From a virus (Duplodnaviria > Caudoviricetes): a DNA stretch of 49,450 nucleotides. How positions within the stretch are numbered: position 1 is the stretch's first letter; each line of letters begins with the position of its first letter. Location: positions 1 through 49,450 of the IMG/VR virus record IMGVR_UViG_3300048606_000018. One strand, 5' to 3'. A model generated the notes under the pieces. It made no database searches, was not told where the DNA came from, and saw only the letters and a list, made by a program, of their open reading frames with translations. Shown piece after piece: positions 1-7,906 of this stretch. Position numbers and translations under genes: made by a program.

Positions 1-126
1 TCCGCGCCTGCAACTCCACCCGCCGGATCTCCGCATCCGCCGTGCACCCCACAACCGCATCCAGCGCCCCGTTGCGCTGCGATTGCAGAACCTGGATCGC
101 AACGGATTCGCGCGTCGGGCCGGCAG
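1..126. repeat. Direct terminal repeat, left copy (circular assembly overlap)
   Basis: 1..126 is identical to 49316..49441; a minus-strand ORF reads through the junction. Confidence 0.95.
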
Positions 127-256
127 GCTGGGCATGCGCCGAACCAATCAGCATGAACAGGACCAGCACCGCCGCAAGAATTAGGGACAAGATCGAAATC
201 GCGATCAATGCCGTCGCGCTCCAATCGCGCCAATCAATATCGTCCGCATGGCTCAT
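1..256 (-). CDS. Membrane-anchored or exported coiled-coil protein, 5' part; continues across the circular junction to 49260
   Basis: Manual translation MSHADDIDWRDWSATALIAISILSLILAAVLVLFMLIGSAHAQPAGPTRESVAIQVLQSQRNGALDAVVGCTADAEIRRVELQARIDELTKQLAEAKGKSDAR; ATGA overlap with the upstream gene. Confidence 0.7.
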   Translation of the reverse strand, partial: MSHADDIDWRDWSATALIAISILSLILAAVLVLFMLIGSAHAQPAGPTRESVAIQVLQSQRNGALDAVVGCTADAEIRRVELQAR

Positions 257-387
257 CGTCCGCCTCCCGCCGCCGAGATCAGCACCACCATCATCAGCGC
301 AAAAATCAGGAACGCCAGCGTGAGGAATAGCGCCCATGCGGTGAGCCGATCCTCACGCTCGCGCCACTCAAAACCGCCGCCGATCAT
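253..387 (-). CDS. Small membrane protein (44 aa)
   Basis: Manual translation MIGGGFEWREREDRLTAWALFLTLAFLIFALMMVVLISAAGGGR; ATGA overlaps at both ends. Confidence 0.6.
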   Translation of the reverse strand: MIGGGFEWREREDRLTAWALFLTLAFLIFALMMVVLISAAGGGR

Positions 388-893
388 GCGGGCACAGGAT
401 CATGCCGGCCAACACCCTGCGCGCCGGCCTCATCGACCGTCGGGTTACCAACGAGATCGGTCTTCGCCTTGCTGCCGTCGTTCAACTTGCCGCGCAACAC
501 AGCCTTCTCGGTCCCGTCCTCAAACCGGACCACAACCTTGTCCTGGTTCGGATCATACCCGACGTCGCCCGCCCGCGCCACGCGCAGCACCAGAACCCGC
601 GACCCCATGTAGTTCGCCTCGACAGGCTCCGGCTCAGCCGCCGGCTCCGGGAAATCCCCGAGCTCGTCGCCAAAAATGTCCTCGAGCGTCCCCTTCACAA
701 TCAGCTTCTCAGCCGAAACACCCAAATCCCCCGACACCACCCGAACCTGCGTCGCCGCAATCTCAGGCGGCTGCGTCCCGTCCAACAGCTTCCGCGGCAA
801 AACCGGCTTCACAGCGTCCGCCGAAAGAACAGTCCTCACAACCGGCGACAACTCGTTCCCAGCCGCATCAAGCGGCACAAGCATGCGAAGCAT
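384..893 (-). CDS. Hypothetical protein
   Basis: GGAGG ribosome-binding site before ATG at 893; downstream of a late-promoter motif. Confidence 0.7.
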   Translation of the reverse strand: MLRMLVPLDAAGNELSPVVRTVLSADAVKPVLPRKLLDGTQPPEIAATQVRVVSGDLGVSAEKLIVKGTLEDIFGDELGDFPEPAAEPEPVEANYMGSRVLVLRVARAGDVGYDPNQDKVVVRFEDGTEKAVLRGKLNDGSKAKTDLVGNPTVDEAGAQGVGRHDPVPA

Positions 894-932
894 CTGAAAC
901 CTCCATGAAGCCCGGAAAACTACCGTCATCGC

Positions 933-965
933 AAAATAGCCACAGCCGTCTCAGCAGCAACGCAC
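933..965 (-). promoter_or_regulatory. Late promoter motif (GTGCG-TTGCTG-N16-TATTTT)
   Basis: Conserved GTGCGTTGC with a -10-like hexamer at conserved spacing. Confidence 0.7.
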
Positions 966-1139
966 TACAGACCGCTACAGAACCACCCAGCCAGAATTTT
1001 TTCAGGAATAATCTCGGGGAGTTTTTCAGCGGAAGCGTGTGGGGGAGTGACTAGCTGCCTCAAGACGCGCGCAATTTACCCCCCACCCCACCCTGCTGGC
1101 GTGGAAAAGCCGTGGACATAGGAAAATTCCTCAATGGGA

Positions 1140-1679
1140 TCAGTCATCGGCGCTCCCTTGGTCGGGGAGCGCTGTTGGTGCGTCACTGCCAGTCTCGTGT
1201 TGGATCAAGGGCTTAACATCGATGACCCGCTGTTGGCCCATGAGTACACCGGGCTTCACGTCAGCCGTTGAACCTATGACAAGGATAAAGCCTGGCACCT
1301 GCTGCCTGCTGGCCGCAACCTGTTGATCCTCAATGCGATCCAGCGCCAGCGTGGCGTTGACAGCGGCCGCCTTGTTGTCGTCCTGCTCGCTCAGCTCCTC
1401 TAGCCTGTGAATGCGGCGAGCTCGGCCAGACGTCCGCAATACCTCACATTGCTCGTTGTAGTACGCCTTGACGTGAGGTCGTCGGAGGGCTTCGCGGAGG
1501 CCGTGGATCGACAATCCAGCCTCTTCCGCTGCTACATCACGACGCGAGCCCTTCCATACCATGAGGTCGAGAGCGCGCTTCACCTTGCCGGTCACCTTAC
1601 CCGGTGCTGATCGGCCCTTTGCTTCGATGGCTTGTCGGGTGGGCTGTTGCTCGGTGGGGCTGATGTCGGTGTGCGTCAT
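1140..1679 (-). CDS. Putative terminase small subunit (HTH)
   Basis: N-terminal HTH-like region (AAEEAGLSIHGLREALRRPHVKAY) followed by oligomerisation-like helices; upstream of TerL on the circle. Confidence 0.55.
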   Translation of the reverse strand: MTHTDISPTEQQPTRQAIEAKGRSAPGKVTGKVKRALDLMVWKGSRRDVAAEEAGLSIHGLREALRRPHVKAYYNEQCEVLRTSGRARRIHRLEELSEQDDNKAAAVNATLALDRIEDQQVAASRQQVPGFILVIGSTADVKPGVLMGQQRVIDVKPLIQHETGSDAPTALPDQGSADD

Positions 1680-1807
1680 TGGTTGCACGCTTGCTTGCAC
1701 ATCGCTTCGCTGGGTCCTCGCTCGCGCTGGACGCGCTTCGCTGTGGAAGGAAAAGAGCGCGCGCACGTTTGGGCGAGCGAGGCAATCGCACCGTTTTGAT
1801 GTCGTCA

Positions 1808-1817
1808 GCAACGCACC
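1808..1817 (-). promoter_or_regulatory. Late promoter core motif GGTGCGTTGC upstream of putative terS
   Basis: Exact core match, but no convincing -10 at the usual spacing. Confidence 0.45.
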
Positions 1818-1903
1818 TCGTAGTTGTTGCGGCAGAATGGGCACTTCTTGATAGGTCAATGGCGCTGTCCAATCGCTTGACACGCCAGAACGTCGCTTTA
1901 CAT

Positions 1904-2233
1904 ATGAGTAAAGTGAAACGGCGCTCTCATCCTCTCCGCAAGGCTGCTGTGTCGCTCATGATGCGGGGCGAGGTGACACCGGCTGAGGTGCGCCAGGCGC
2001 TGCATCTGTCGCGGCAACTGATCTACTACTGGTGCAAAGCGGCGGGGATAGCCGGCAAGGCAAAGGATGCCCGCAAGGCCTACGTGTGGCGTGTGCTGCT
2101 CAAGGGTGCCGAGACGCACGACGGACCGGAGCCTGAGCACCCTGATGTGCAGATGCTTCGTGCGCGATTGAACAGGCCGCGACCATCGCGTGAACAGATA
2201 GCAGCCGCCAAGGCACGCCATGCCTCCGATTAA
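1904..2233 (+). CDS. HTH DNA-binding protein
   Basis: VTPAEVRQALHLSRQLIYYWCK HTH pattern; basic. Confidence 0.6.
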   Translation: MSKVKRRSHPLRKAAVSLMMRGEVTPAEVRQALHLSRQLIYYWCKAAGIAGKAKDARKAYVWRVLLKGAETHDGPEPEHPDVQMLRARLNRPRPSREQIAAAKARHASD

Positions 2234-2408
2234 GAAGCTGCCCACATTCATCAACGTGCGGTGCCCTGATTGCGGACACTCGGCACGCATTGGTTTGATG
2301 CTGGAGAACGTAGGCAAGCTGAAATGCTCACGCTGTGGCCACCGCAATCCGATCATTGCGGGGCGTGAGCCGCTACGCGCGTGGTCGAACTCGCGACGCG
2401 GACGCTGA
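2220..2408 (+). CDS. C4 zinc-ribbon protein
   Basis: CPDC...CSRC; overlaps the upstream gene. Confidence 0.6.
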   Translation: MPPIKKLPTFINVRCPDCGHSARIGLMLENVGKLKCSRCGHRNPIIAGREPLRAWSNSRRGR

Positions 2409-2915
2409 GCGTCGCGACCACGGCACTCCGGTTATGCCTATGTGTTGCTTGGTCGCCCTCACCTTGTCCCACCGTGCTCGGCTGGCTTTGCGCTGCTTCT
2501 TTGTCAGCTCTTTTGATGTGATCCCAAAGGCCTTAGGCACCCCCCTCCCCATCGCCCCGAACTCCCTCGCTGCGAGCCGCTTGACCTCTGGGCTAATGCG
2601 CTTGCGTACGATGTTGGTGACGCTGCGGCGGCCTTCGCTGCGTAGCCTGTAGACGTGCCCCATCTCGTCGATTGTGGCTTCGATTGTGAGGTGGGGCACG
2701 ATGGCGAGGCGCAGGCCGATGGTTTCGAGCACCTTGAGGAGCGCACCGATGCCGATGACCTTGACCTGTGCGGGGCCGATTGTCTTGCCGAGGTATCCGC
2801 CTGGGATGCGTGCTGCTTCTTCGATTGCGGTGTACGGCGCGCGCACCTCGTCGATTCGTGTCCGCACGGCTGCGATCATCTCCTGATAGTCGAGGACGAT
2901 GCGGCCTTCGCTCAT
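2373..2915 (-). CDS. Hypothetical DNA-binding protein (HTH-like, basic C-terminus), last gene of the replication operon
   Basis: ATGA overlap; YTAIEEAARIPGGYLGK HTH-like; K/R-rich tail. Confidence 0.6.
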   Translation of the reverse strand: MSEGRIVLDYQEMIAAVRTRIDEVRAPYTAIEEAARIPGGYLGKTIGPAQVKVIGIGALLKVLETIGLRLAIVPHLTIEATIDEMGHVYRLRSEGRRSVTNIVRKRISPEVKRLAAREFGAMGRGVPKAFGITSKELTKKQRKASRARWDKVRATKQHIGITGVPWSRRSASASRVRPRA

Positions 2916-3073
2916 GCTGTGGGCTCGTTGCGCTTGGCCCACTGCGTTTCAAGCTGCTCGATGATGTACCAGGCCTCTGCCATGTCATCCTCATCAGCGG
3001 GCACGCCAAGGCGATCCTGGGCCTGTATAATCTCGTCCATGGTTGCGATGATGCTGGTCTGCAGCGGGGTCAT
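2912..3073 (-). CDS. Small acidic hypothetical protein (53 aa)
   Basis: Manual translation MTPLQTSIIATMDEIIQAQDRLGV...; fills the gap with ATGA overlaps at both ends. Confidence 0.6.
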   Translation of the reverse strand: MTPLQTSIIATMDEIIQAQDRLGVPADEDDMAEAWYIIEQLETQWAKRNEPTA

Positions 3074-3894
3074 TCGATCGCCCCGTGCTGCGGGGTGAAC
3101 TTGCCGGTGTCAGCGTCGACCATGAAATGGGCCTTGCCGACGCGGCCGGCGCCGATCTCTCGGACCTTGGCGCTGATCACGGTGGCGGTGTTGCCGGTCT
3201 TGTCCCTCGCAATTATCAGCCCGTTGTCGCACTTGGTGAACCACGCCATTGAGCCCTCGATATCGGACAGCGTGGGCAGGCGGCCGCCATTCTCGGCGAC
3301 GGCCTTGGTCGGGTGGGCCACCATGATCACGATCGCACCGGTGGCGCGGCAGAACTGCTTGAGCCGCATCAGGCATTCGGCAATGTAGTCGGTGAGCAGC
3401 ATGTTCTGAGGCTTGGCGCGGTCGAGCTCATTCCACGGGTCGATCATGAGCACGCGCACGTTGTCGCGCTCCATCGCGATCATTGCCTTTTCGAGCACCC
3501 AATCGAGCGTGTGCGGCGGCTCGTTGTAGTCCTCGGGCACGGACGATTGAACGAAGCATTTGGCGGCCGCGTAATGCCCGAACGACTTGTCGCTCCCCCA
3601 AATGCCCTTCATCTTGGCGCTGACGTGGGCCTCGTTCTCGGGCACGTACAGGAACGACGCCATGTCGTGCTCGCGCGCGATGTTGCACAGCACGTTCATC
3701 ATGAACGTCGACTTGCCGGATCCTGGCATGCCGGTGACCACGATGAACTGGCCGTCGTAGAGCTTGAAAATCTGGTCCAGCTCCCACCAGCCGGTGCCGA
3801 TCGCGTGGTCTTTCAGCGATTCTCGCTGTGGCAAATCGGCCAGCGAGTAGTAGCCGGATTGGCCGTGTCTCGGGAATTTCAGGACTTCGCTCAT
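3070..3894 (-). CDS. SF4 (DnaB/Twinkle-like) replicative helicase, ATPase domain only
   Basis: Walker A GMPGSGKST, Walker B LMIDPWNEL, VAHPTK, IEGS motifs. Confidence 0.9.
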   Translation of the reverse strand: MSEVLKFPRHGQSGYYSLADLPQRESLKDHAIGTGWWELDQIFKLYDGQFIVVTGMPGSGKSTFMMNVLCNIAREHDMASFLYVPENEAHVSAKMKGIWGSDKSFGHYAAAKCFVQSSVPEDYNEPPHTLDWVLEKAMIAMERDNVRVLMIDPWNELDRAKPQNMLLTDYIAECLMRLKQFCRATGAIVIMVAHPTKAVAENGGRLPTLSDIEGSMAWFTKCDNGLIIARDKTGNTATVISAKVREIGAGRVGKAHFMVDADTGKFTPQHGAIE

Positions 3895-4430
3895 CGGATC
3901 GCCTCCAGCCATGAATCACCAGCGCCGCTGCTACCCGTGCCGTTTGGTGGTGGATGCCGCTCGAGCGATTGCAGCACCCAGTTGCGCCAGGTCGCGGACC
4001 AATCGAGCTTGGTCGCGGTCTTGCCGGCCTTAGCGGTCCAGTAGTTGCGGAACCGTTCGACCTCGTTGTCGATACGAGATCTGGTCATGCCCTTTGAGGA
4101 GGCGAATTCGAGGTCTGCCGCGCTTGGCTGCCAGTCGTGCTGGAGCCTCGACCCCTTCGTTGGTTTGTCCGCGGACTTTCCAGAATCGTCCTCTCTCTTA
4201 CTTTCTTTATTAAGAGGAGCATTTGCGGACTCCGCGGATGTCGGCGGATGTCCGGTGGACATTCTCTCAATTCGGCGCCTTTCTCGGTCGTAGGCACGTC
4301 GTTTTTCGAGCGTTTTGTCCACCGGACTGTCCGCGGACTTTGCGGACAATATCGCGTTGGACACGCGCCCGATGAGGTCGGCGTCGACCCCCGCACGCAC
4401 CAAATCGGCGATGAGCGTCTCGTCAATCAT
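3891..4430 (-). CDS. Replication initiator-like protein
   Basis: C-terminal FRNYW...KLDWSATWRNW motif typical of phage replication proteins; directly upstream of the helicase. Confidence 0.7.
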   Translation of the reverse strand: MIDETLIADLVRAGVDADLIGRVSNAILSAKSADSPVDKTLEKRRAYDRERRRIERMSTGHPPTSAESANAPLNKESKREDDSGKSADKPTKGSRLQHDWQPSAADLEFASSKGMTRSRIDNEVERFRNYWTAKAGKTATKLDWSATWRNWVLQSLERHPPPNGTGSSGAGDSWLEAIR

Positions 4431-4903
4431 GCAGCGCGCCTTGGGATGAATGGTGCACCGCGCAACGGCTTTCCGCTGAATGCGACGGCGTGATGCTCGG
4501 CGCAGTAAGGTCGCCCCCTGTCGCAATCAGCTGTTGGATCCCCGCAATAGAAAAAATCGTCTCGACCAGGCGTGCCTGTCGGGTACCGGCAGGTGTTGTT
4601 CGTGAGGCCCATCAGGGTGCAGCGCGTTGGAATGTCGCCGTCCTCGACACGCTCAGTCGGCATCGGGATGACCTCCATTACGGGTGGTGTGATGTGTGAC
4701 TGCCGGTACGTGCGCCTATTGCGAGGCTTCTGTGGTCTTGCGACAGGCTTGCCGCGAAACAACCCAAGGCGATGCAGCTTCCCGATGACGGCATTCTTCG
4801 TGAGCCCGCCACCAATCGCGGCCGCAATTTGAGACATGGAGTTGTCGGTCTCAAAGAGGGCCCTCAAGCGCTCAATCGCGTCGTTTGTCCAGTCGAATGC
4901 CAT
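4427..4903 (-). CDS. gcrA: GcrA-like cell-cycle regulator (sigma70 cofactor family)
   Basis: DWTNDAIERLR...SMSQIAAAIGGGLTKNAVIGKLHRLGL; C-terminal LMGLTNNTCRYPTG..FFYCG..PYCAEHH. Confidence 0.9.
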   Translation of the reverse strand: MAFDWTNDAIERLRALFETDNSMSQIAAAIGGGLTKNAVIGKLHRLGLFRGKPVARPQKPRNRRTYRQSHITPPVMEVIPMPTERVEDGDIPTRCTLMGLTNNTCRYPTGTPGRDDFFYCGDPTADCDRGRPYCAEHHAVAFSGKPLRGAPFIPRRAA

Positions 4904-5277
4904 CAAAAATTCTCTACTTCCCACCCGCCGCCGTTCTTCTTTGAACGCGCTTTGAATGCTTTGAAGCGAAATGGGAATAGTGACGCCGCGACTTTGATCT
5001 TTACTCGCGCGTCATCCTCCCAAAACCCTTTGGTCTCGTGCAGCTCCATCACGCCGTCCGCGGCCATAACCGCGAAGTCTGGGGTGTAAAAGGTATTGTC
5101 GGCGAGCCGAAGCTTTACTGCCTCAAATTCAAACCATTGAATAAGCCCGGCAGCCTGCTTTGCCGCGAGGTGCGCGGCGTAGGCCTGCTCGGACTTGTTC
5201 ATTGCGCCCGTAGGCAGCCGTCCCAGCGCGTGACCGGGGCGGCTCCATTTCTGACGGGGAAGGAATGCGATGCTCAC
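4903..5277 (-). CDS. PD-(D/E)xK endonuclease, DUF1064-like (possible resolvase)
   Basis: YTPDF...ELHETKG motif. Confidence 0.75.
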   Translation of the reverse strand: MSIAFLPRQKWSRPGHALGRLPTGAMNKSEQAYAAHLAAKQAAGLIQWFEFEAVKLRLADNTFYTPDFAVMAADGVMELHETKGFWEDDARVKIKVAASLFPFRFKAFKARSKKNGGGWEVENF

Positions 5278-5888
5278 GCCGATGCCCCGGCGCTCGCCTC
5301 CGCTGCAGGTGCTGCGAACGGCGGGTCGCTGACGTCCGCTTCGTTCGCGTGCTCGCCTTCGGGCGGCATGGTGGGCGCCTTCTTGAAGGCCGAGGCGAGA
5401 ACGCCCTGCCCGTCCTGCCACCCATCCATCCAGGCTTGGTATTGCGGCACGGACGGATCATGCGGGTTGCTGCACGGCCCGCCCTCGAGGCCGACGCGCT
5501 TGCCTTCGGCTCGAGCACGTTCAATCGCCGGCGTGCGGTCGACCGGAAAGAGGTCCGCATTCTCGCCGACGTTCGTGCCGGACCAGCGCAGCACCTCGGC
5601 GGTCTCGGTGATCTCAGCCTTGAGCGCCGCCTCGCCTTCCGGTGTGCGCGCCTGGATGGTCTTCTTGACCTTCGTCACCGAGTCGTCCTCGGCCTTGATG
5701 CGCTTGCCGCAATTCTTGATCTCGGCATCGGCCTTCTTCTTCGCGGTCAGCGCCACCTCGTATTCGCGGCAATGCCGATAGTGCAGCGCGCGCTTCTCGT
5801 CCTCGGTGAGCTCGGCCTTGTTGTGGCCCATGCCTGGTGGCTTCGCCGCGATCGCTTCCTCAATGTCCTTCTGCTTCCGCCTTCCCAT
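5274..5888 (-). CDS. GapR/DUF2312-like protein with a C-terminal RMF-like domain
   Basis: GMGHN plus coiled-coil N-terminal part; C-terminal EGKRVGLEGGPCSNPH...AWMDGWQDG; AGGGAG RBS. Confidence 0.6.
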   Translation of the reverse strand: MGRRKQKDIEEAIAAKPPGMGHNKAELTEDEKRALHYRHCREYEVALTAKKKADAEIKNCGKRIKAEDDSVTKVKKTIQARTPEGEAALKAEITETAEVLRWSGTNVGENADLFPVDRTPAIERARAEGKRVGLEGGPCSNPHDPSVPQYQAWMDGWQDGQGVLASAFKKAPTMPPEGEHANEADVSDPPFAAPAAEASAGASA

Positions 5889-5963
5889 GATGATCTCCCT
5901 GTTGAATGCCGAAAAGCCCGCCGGGATCGGCAGGCCGCGAACACGCACGCAACTGACGACGGG

Positions 5964-6245
5964 CTATCGGCCCGCTAGACGCTTCATCAATTCGGCGAGC
6001 ACGATCGCGAGCACGTGGGCAGGCGGCTCGTGTTCACCGGAGAGCCATGTGTAAATCGTGCTGCGGGACGCACCGGTGAGGTGGCCAAGTGCTGCGGCTG
6101 GTTTGCGCGGGAATGCCAAGAGCGCGACGTCGCGAAACACCAGCGGTAGCGCCTCAGTATTTTGGGTCCGACTTGTTGGACGGGGCCGAATTGACACCCG
6201 CGACTTACGCGGCAAAGTTCCATGCATGACGACGAACGCCCCCAC
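5964..6245 (-). CDS. CII-like HTH regulator
   Basis: AAALGHLTGASRSTIYTWLSGEHEP HTH; position after cro. Confidence 0.6.
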   Translation of the reverse strand: MGAFVVMHGTLPRKSRVSIRPRPTSRTQNTEALPLVFRDVALLAFPRKPAAALGHLTGASRSTIYTWLSGEHEPPAHVLAIVLAELMKRLAGR

Positions 6246-6399
6246 TGACGCAACAAAACGCTATGACCCTCAACGAAAACTTGGCTGTAACCCGGTAGGC
6301 TTTCCGATGTGTCTGAGGTGTGACAGAATACCGTCAGTTGGTGGGCACCCTCGCCGGGGACGGGCCAATGGCAATAATCATAAGGTTTCCGAGGCGCCG

Positions 6400-6618
6400 T
6401 CATGCACGCGCCTCGGCCGGAAGCTTGAACCCAAAAACAGCTGGGTCAGCTTCCTTCCCCTCACGCTTCAAGGCCTCGGAAAAGCAGAGGAAGTTTTCGG
6501 CCGGGATGCACCCGCGCGCCTTCCAATTGCTCACGGCTGACATGCCGACACCGGCGATCCCTGCGGCTGCGGCGGCCCCACCAACGGCATCGACGACGGC
6601 TTCCACTGAACTGAGCAT
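6400..6618 (-). CDS. Cro-like repressor
   Basis: VVDAVGGAAAAAGIAGVGMSAVSNWKARGCIP; divergent from the cI-like gene. Confidence 0.85.
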   Translation of the reverse strand: MLSSVEAVVDAVGGAAAAAGIAGVGMSAVSNWKARGCIPAENFLCFSEALKREGKEADPAVFGFKLPAEARA

Positions 6619-6624
6619 GTCGCC

Positions 6625-6653
6625 AACTACTCCACATAACGTGAAGTTGTCAA
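6625..6653 (-). promoter_or_regulatory. Early promoter for cro (PR-like) with an operator in its spacer
   Basis: TTGACA-ACTTCACGTTATGTGGA-GTAGTT then 6 nt to the cro ATG; operator TCCAC-N5-GTGAA at 6631..6645. Confidence 0.8.
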
Positions 6654-6678
6654 GCCTCCACGGCTCGGCGATAGAGGC

Positions 6679-6693
6679 TTCACACAACGTGTT
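6679..6693. promoter_or_regulatory. Degenerate repressor operator
   Basis: TTCAC-ACAAC-GTGTT resembles the TTCAC-N5-GTGGA consensus. Confidence 0.55.
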
Positions 6694-6721
6694 GTTGAAT
6701 GGGGCCGTGGCTCAGATTCGC

Positions 6722-6988
6722 ATGGACGTTGTGGGAAGGCGGCTGCTGGCGACGCGGCGCGGGCTTGGGTTGACCCAAGCGGCGCTGGTCGCGCGCGTGG
6801 GGCCGTGCACGACCACTCAGTGGTCAAATTACGAGCGCGGGGACCGCATGCTCGATTTGGATGTGGCCGATAGGTTGTGCCACGAGTTTGGATTTACCCT
6901 GGATTGGCTATATCGGGGCGATCCGGCCCGCGTCGACATCGAGTTGATGCGAAAGATACGCCGCGAGGAGGCTAGCTTGGCAGCGTGA
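6722..6988 (+). CDS. CI-like XRE repressor, HTH only (alternative GTG start at 6707)
   Basis: GLTQAALVARVG..TTTQWSNYERGDR..DWLYRG XRE signature; no S24 peptidase domain. Confidence 0.85.
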   Translation: MDVVGRRLLATRRGLGLTQAALVARVGPCTTTQWSNYERGDRMLDLDVADRLCHEFGFTLDWLYRGDPARVDIELMRKIRREEASLAA

Positions 6989-6989
6989 T

Positions 6990-7337
6990 GTGAGCCCCGC
7001 AGAGAACGCGTTTTTTGTGTTTCTTGGTCTAGCTATCATAGTGGCAACCCTGTTTTTGAGGGCGTTTCTCGCCAAAGTTCGCGCTCCACGCCGACCCGCC
7101 GAACCGCGCCAGCGGCCGCCAATAGTCGTGAAGGAGCCAACGCTCATGCGCCGCCTCCTCTACCCGCTGCTGGGTGGTTCGGCATCTCTCGTCATCCTGT
7201 CATTGCTGTTTTCCTCCCGCTTCTTTCCTCGCTGGGGAGACGCCCAGCAGTTGCTTGGTGGCCTAGCCGTTGGAGCGCTTGCGAGCGTCGTCCTGTACGC
7301 GGTCATGCGCGCAGTGGCCGAACGTCCAGCTGGGTAA
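6990..7337 (+). CDS. Membrane protein downstream of the repressor (superinfection-exclusion candidate)
   Basis: Three hydrophobic segments; immediately follows the cI-like gene. Confidence 0.6.
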   Translation: MSPAENAFFVFLGLAIIVATLFLRAFLAKVRAPRRPAEPRQRPPIVVKEPTLMRRLLYPLLGGSASLVILSLLFSSRFFPRWGDAQQLLGGLAVGALASVVLYAVMRAVAERPAG

Positions 7338-7338
7338 C

Positions 7339-7391
7339 TTCACGTAGTGTGGATTTTCTACTTGACTACTTCACGAAACGTGGAGTAGCTA
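7339..7391 (+). promoter_or_regulatory. Early promoter (PL-like) with two operators
   Basis: TTGACT-ACTTCACGAAACGTGGA-GTAGCT; operators TTCAC-N5-GTGGA at 7339..7353 and 7370..7384. Confidence 0.8.
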
Positions 7392-7415
7392 GGGGCTTCC
7401 GAACCGGAGAACCCC

Positions 7416-7709
7416 ATGCACCAATCCCCCTTCACTGCCGCAGCCCTGACCGCCGGTGCGGCCAGTGCGGCGGCATCCGAGACCAAGGTCTTGGACTTCG
7501 CCGCGCGGCTCGACGCCCGGCTGGCTAACCTCGACCCCGCCGAGCGGGAACCCTTCCTGTCCAACCTGCTGATCAGCTGGACGGCCCGCTATGGCCGGTT
7601 CCTCGATCGCGCCCAGAGCGGCGAGGAGGACATCGGCGAGATGGACGCCTTCGACTACGCGTCGTGCATCGCCGAGATCAACGTCCGGCAGGGGAGGCTC
7701 GCGCAATGA
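7416..7709 (+). CDS. Hypothetical early protein
   Basis: GGAG RBS; first gene after the PL-like promoter. Confidence 0.7.
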   Translation: MHQSPFTAAALTAGAASAAASETKVLDFAARLDARLANLDPAEREPFLSNLLISWTARYGRFLDRAQSGEEDIGEMDAFDYASCIAEINVRQGRLAQ

Positions 7710-7906
7710 GCACCCGCCCCGACTGGGCCATGGACCGCGCGGCCGCGATCCTGGCGCTGATCTACACCCAGATGACGCCGGGCAAACAGCTTGAATACAT
7801 CGCGGACTATCTCGTGATCACGCACTTGGAGGGCGAGCGCGACGGCATGGCCCGCTCCAAGGAAATCTTTTCCCCCACACCGGCGGCAGAGCTGCAAGAT
7901 GCCTGA
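7706..7906 (+). CDS. Hypothetical protein
   Basis: ATGA overlap; GGAGG RBS. Confidence 0.65.
   Translation: MSTRPDWAMDRAAAILALIYTQMTPGKQLEYIADYLVITHLEGERDGMARSKEIFSPTPAAELQDA

Noticed and set aside
1-126. Terminal repeat as a true T7-like physical DTR
   Set aside because: It lies inside a coding sequence and its length fits an assembler overlap
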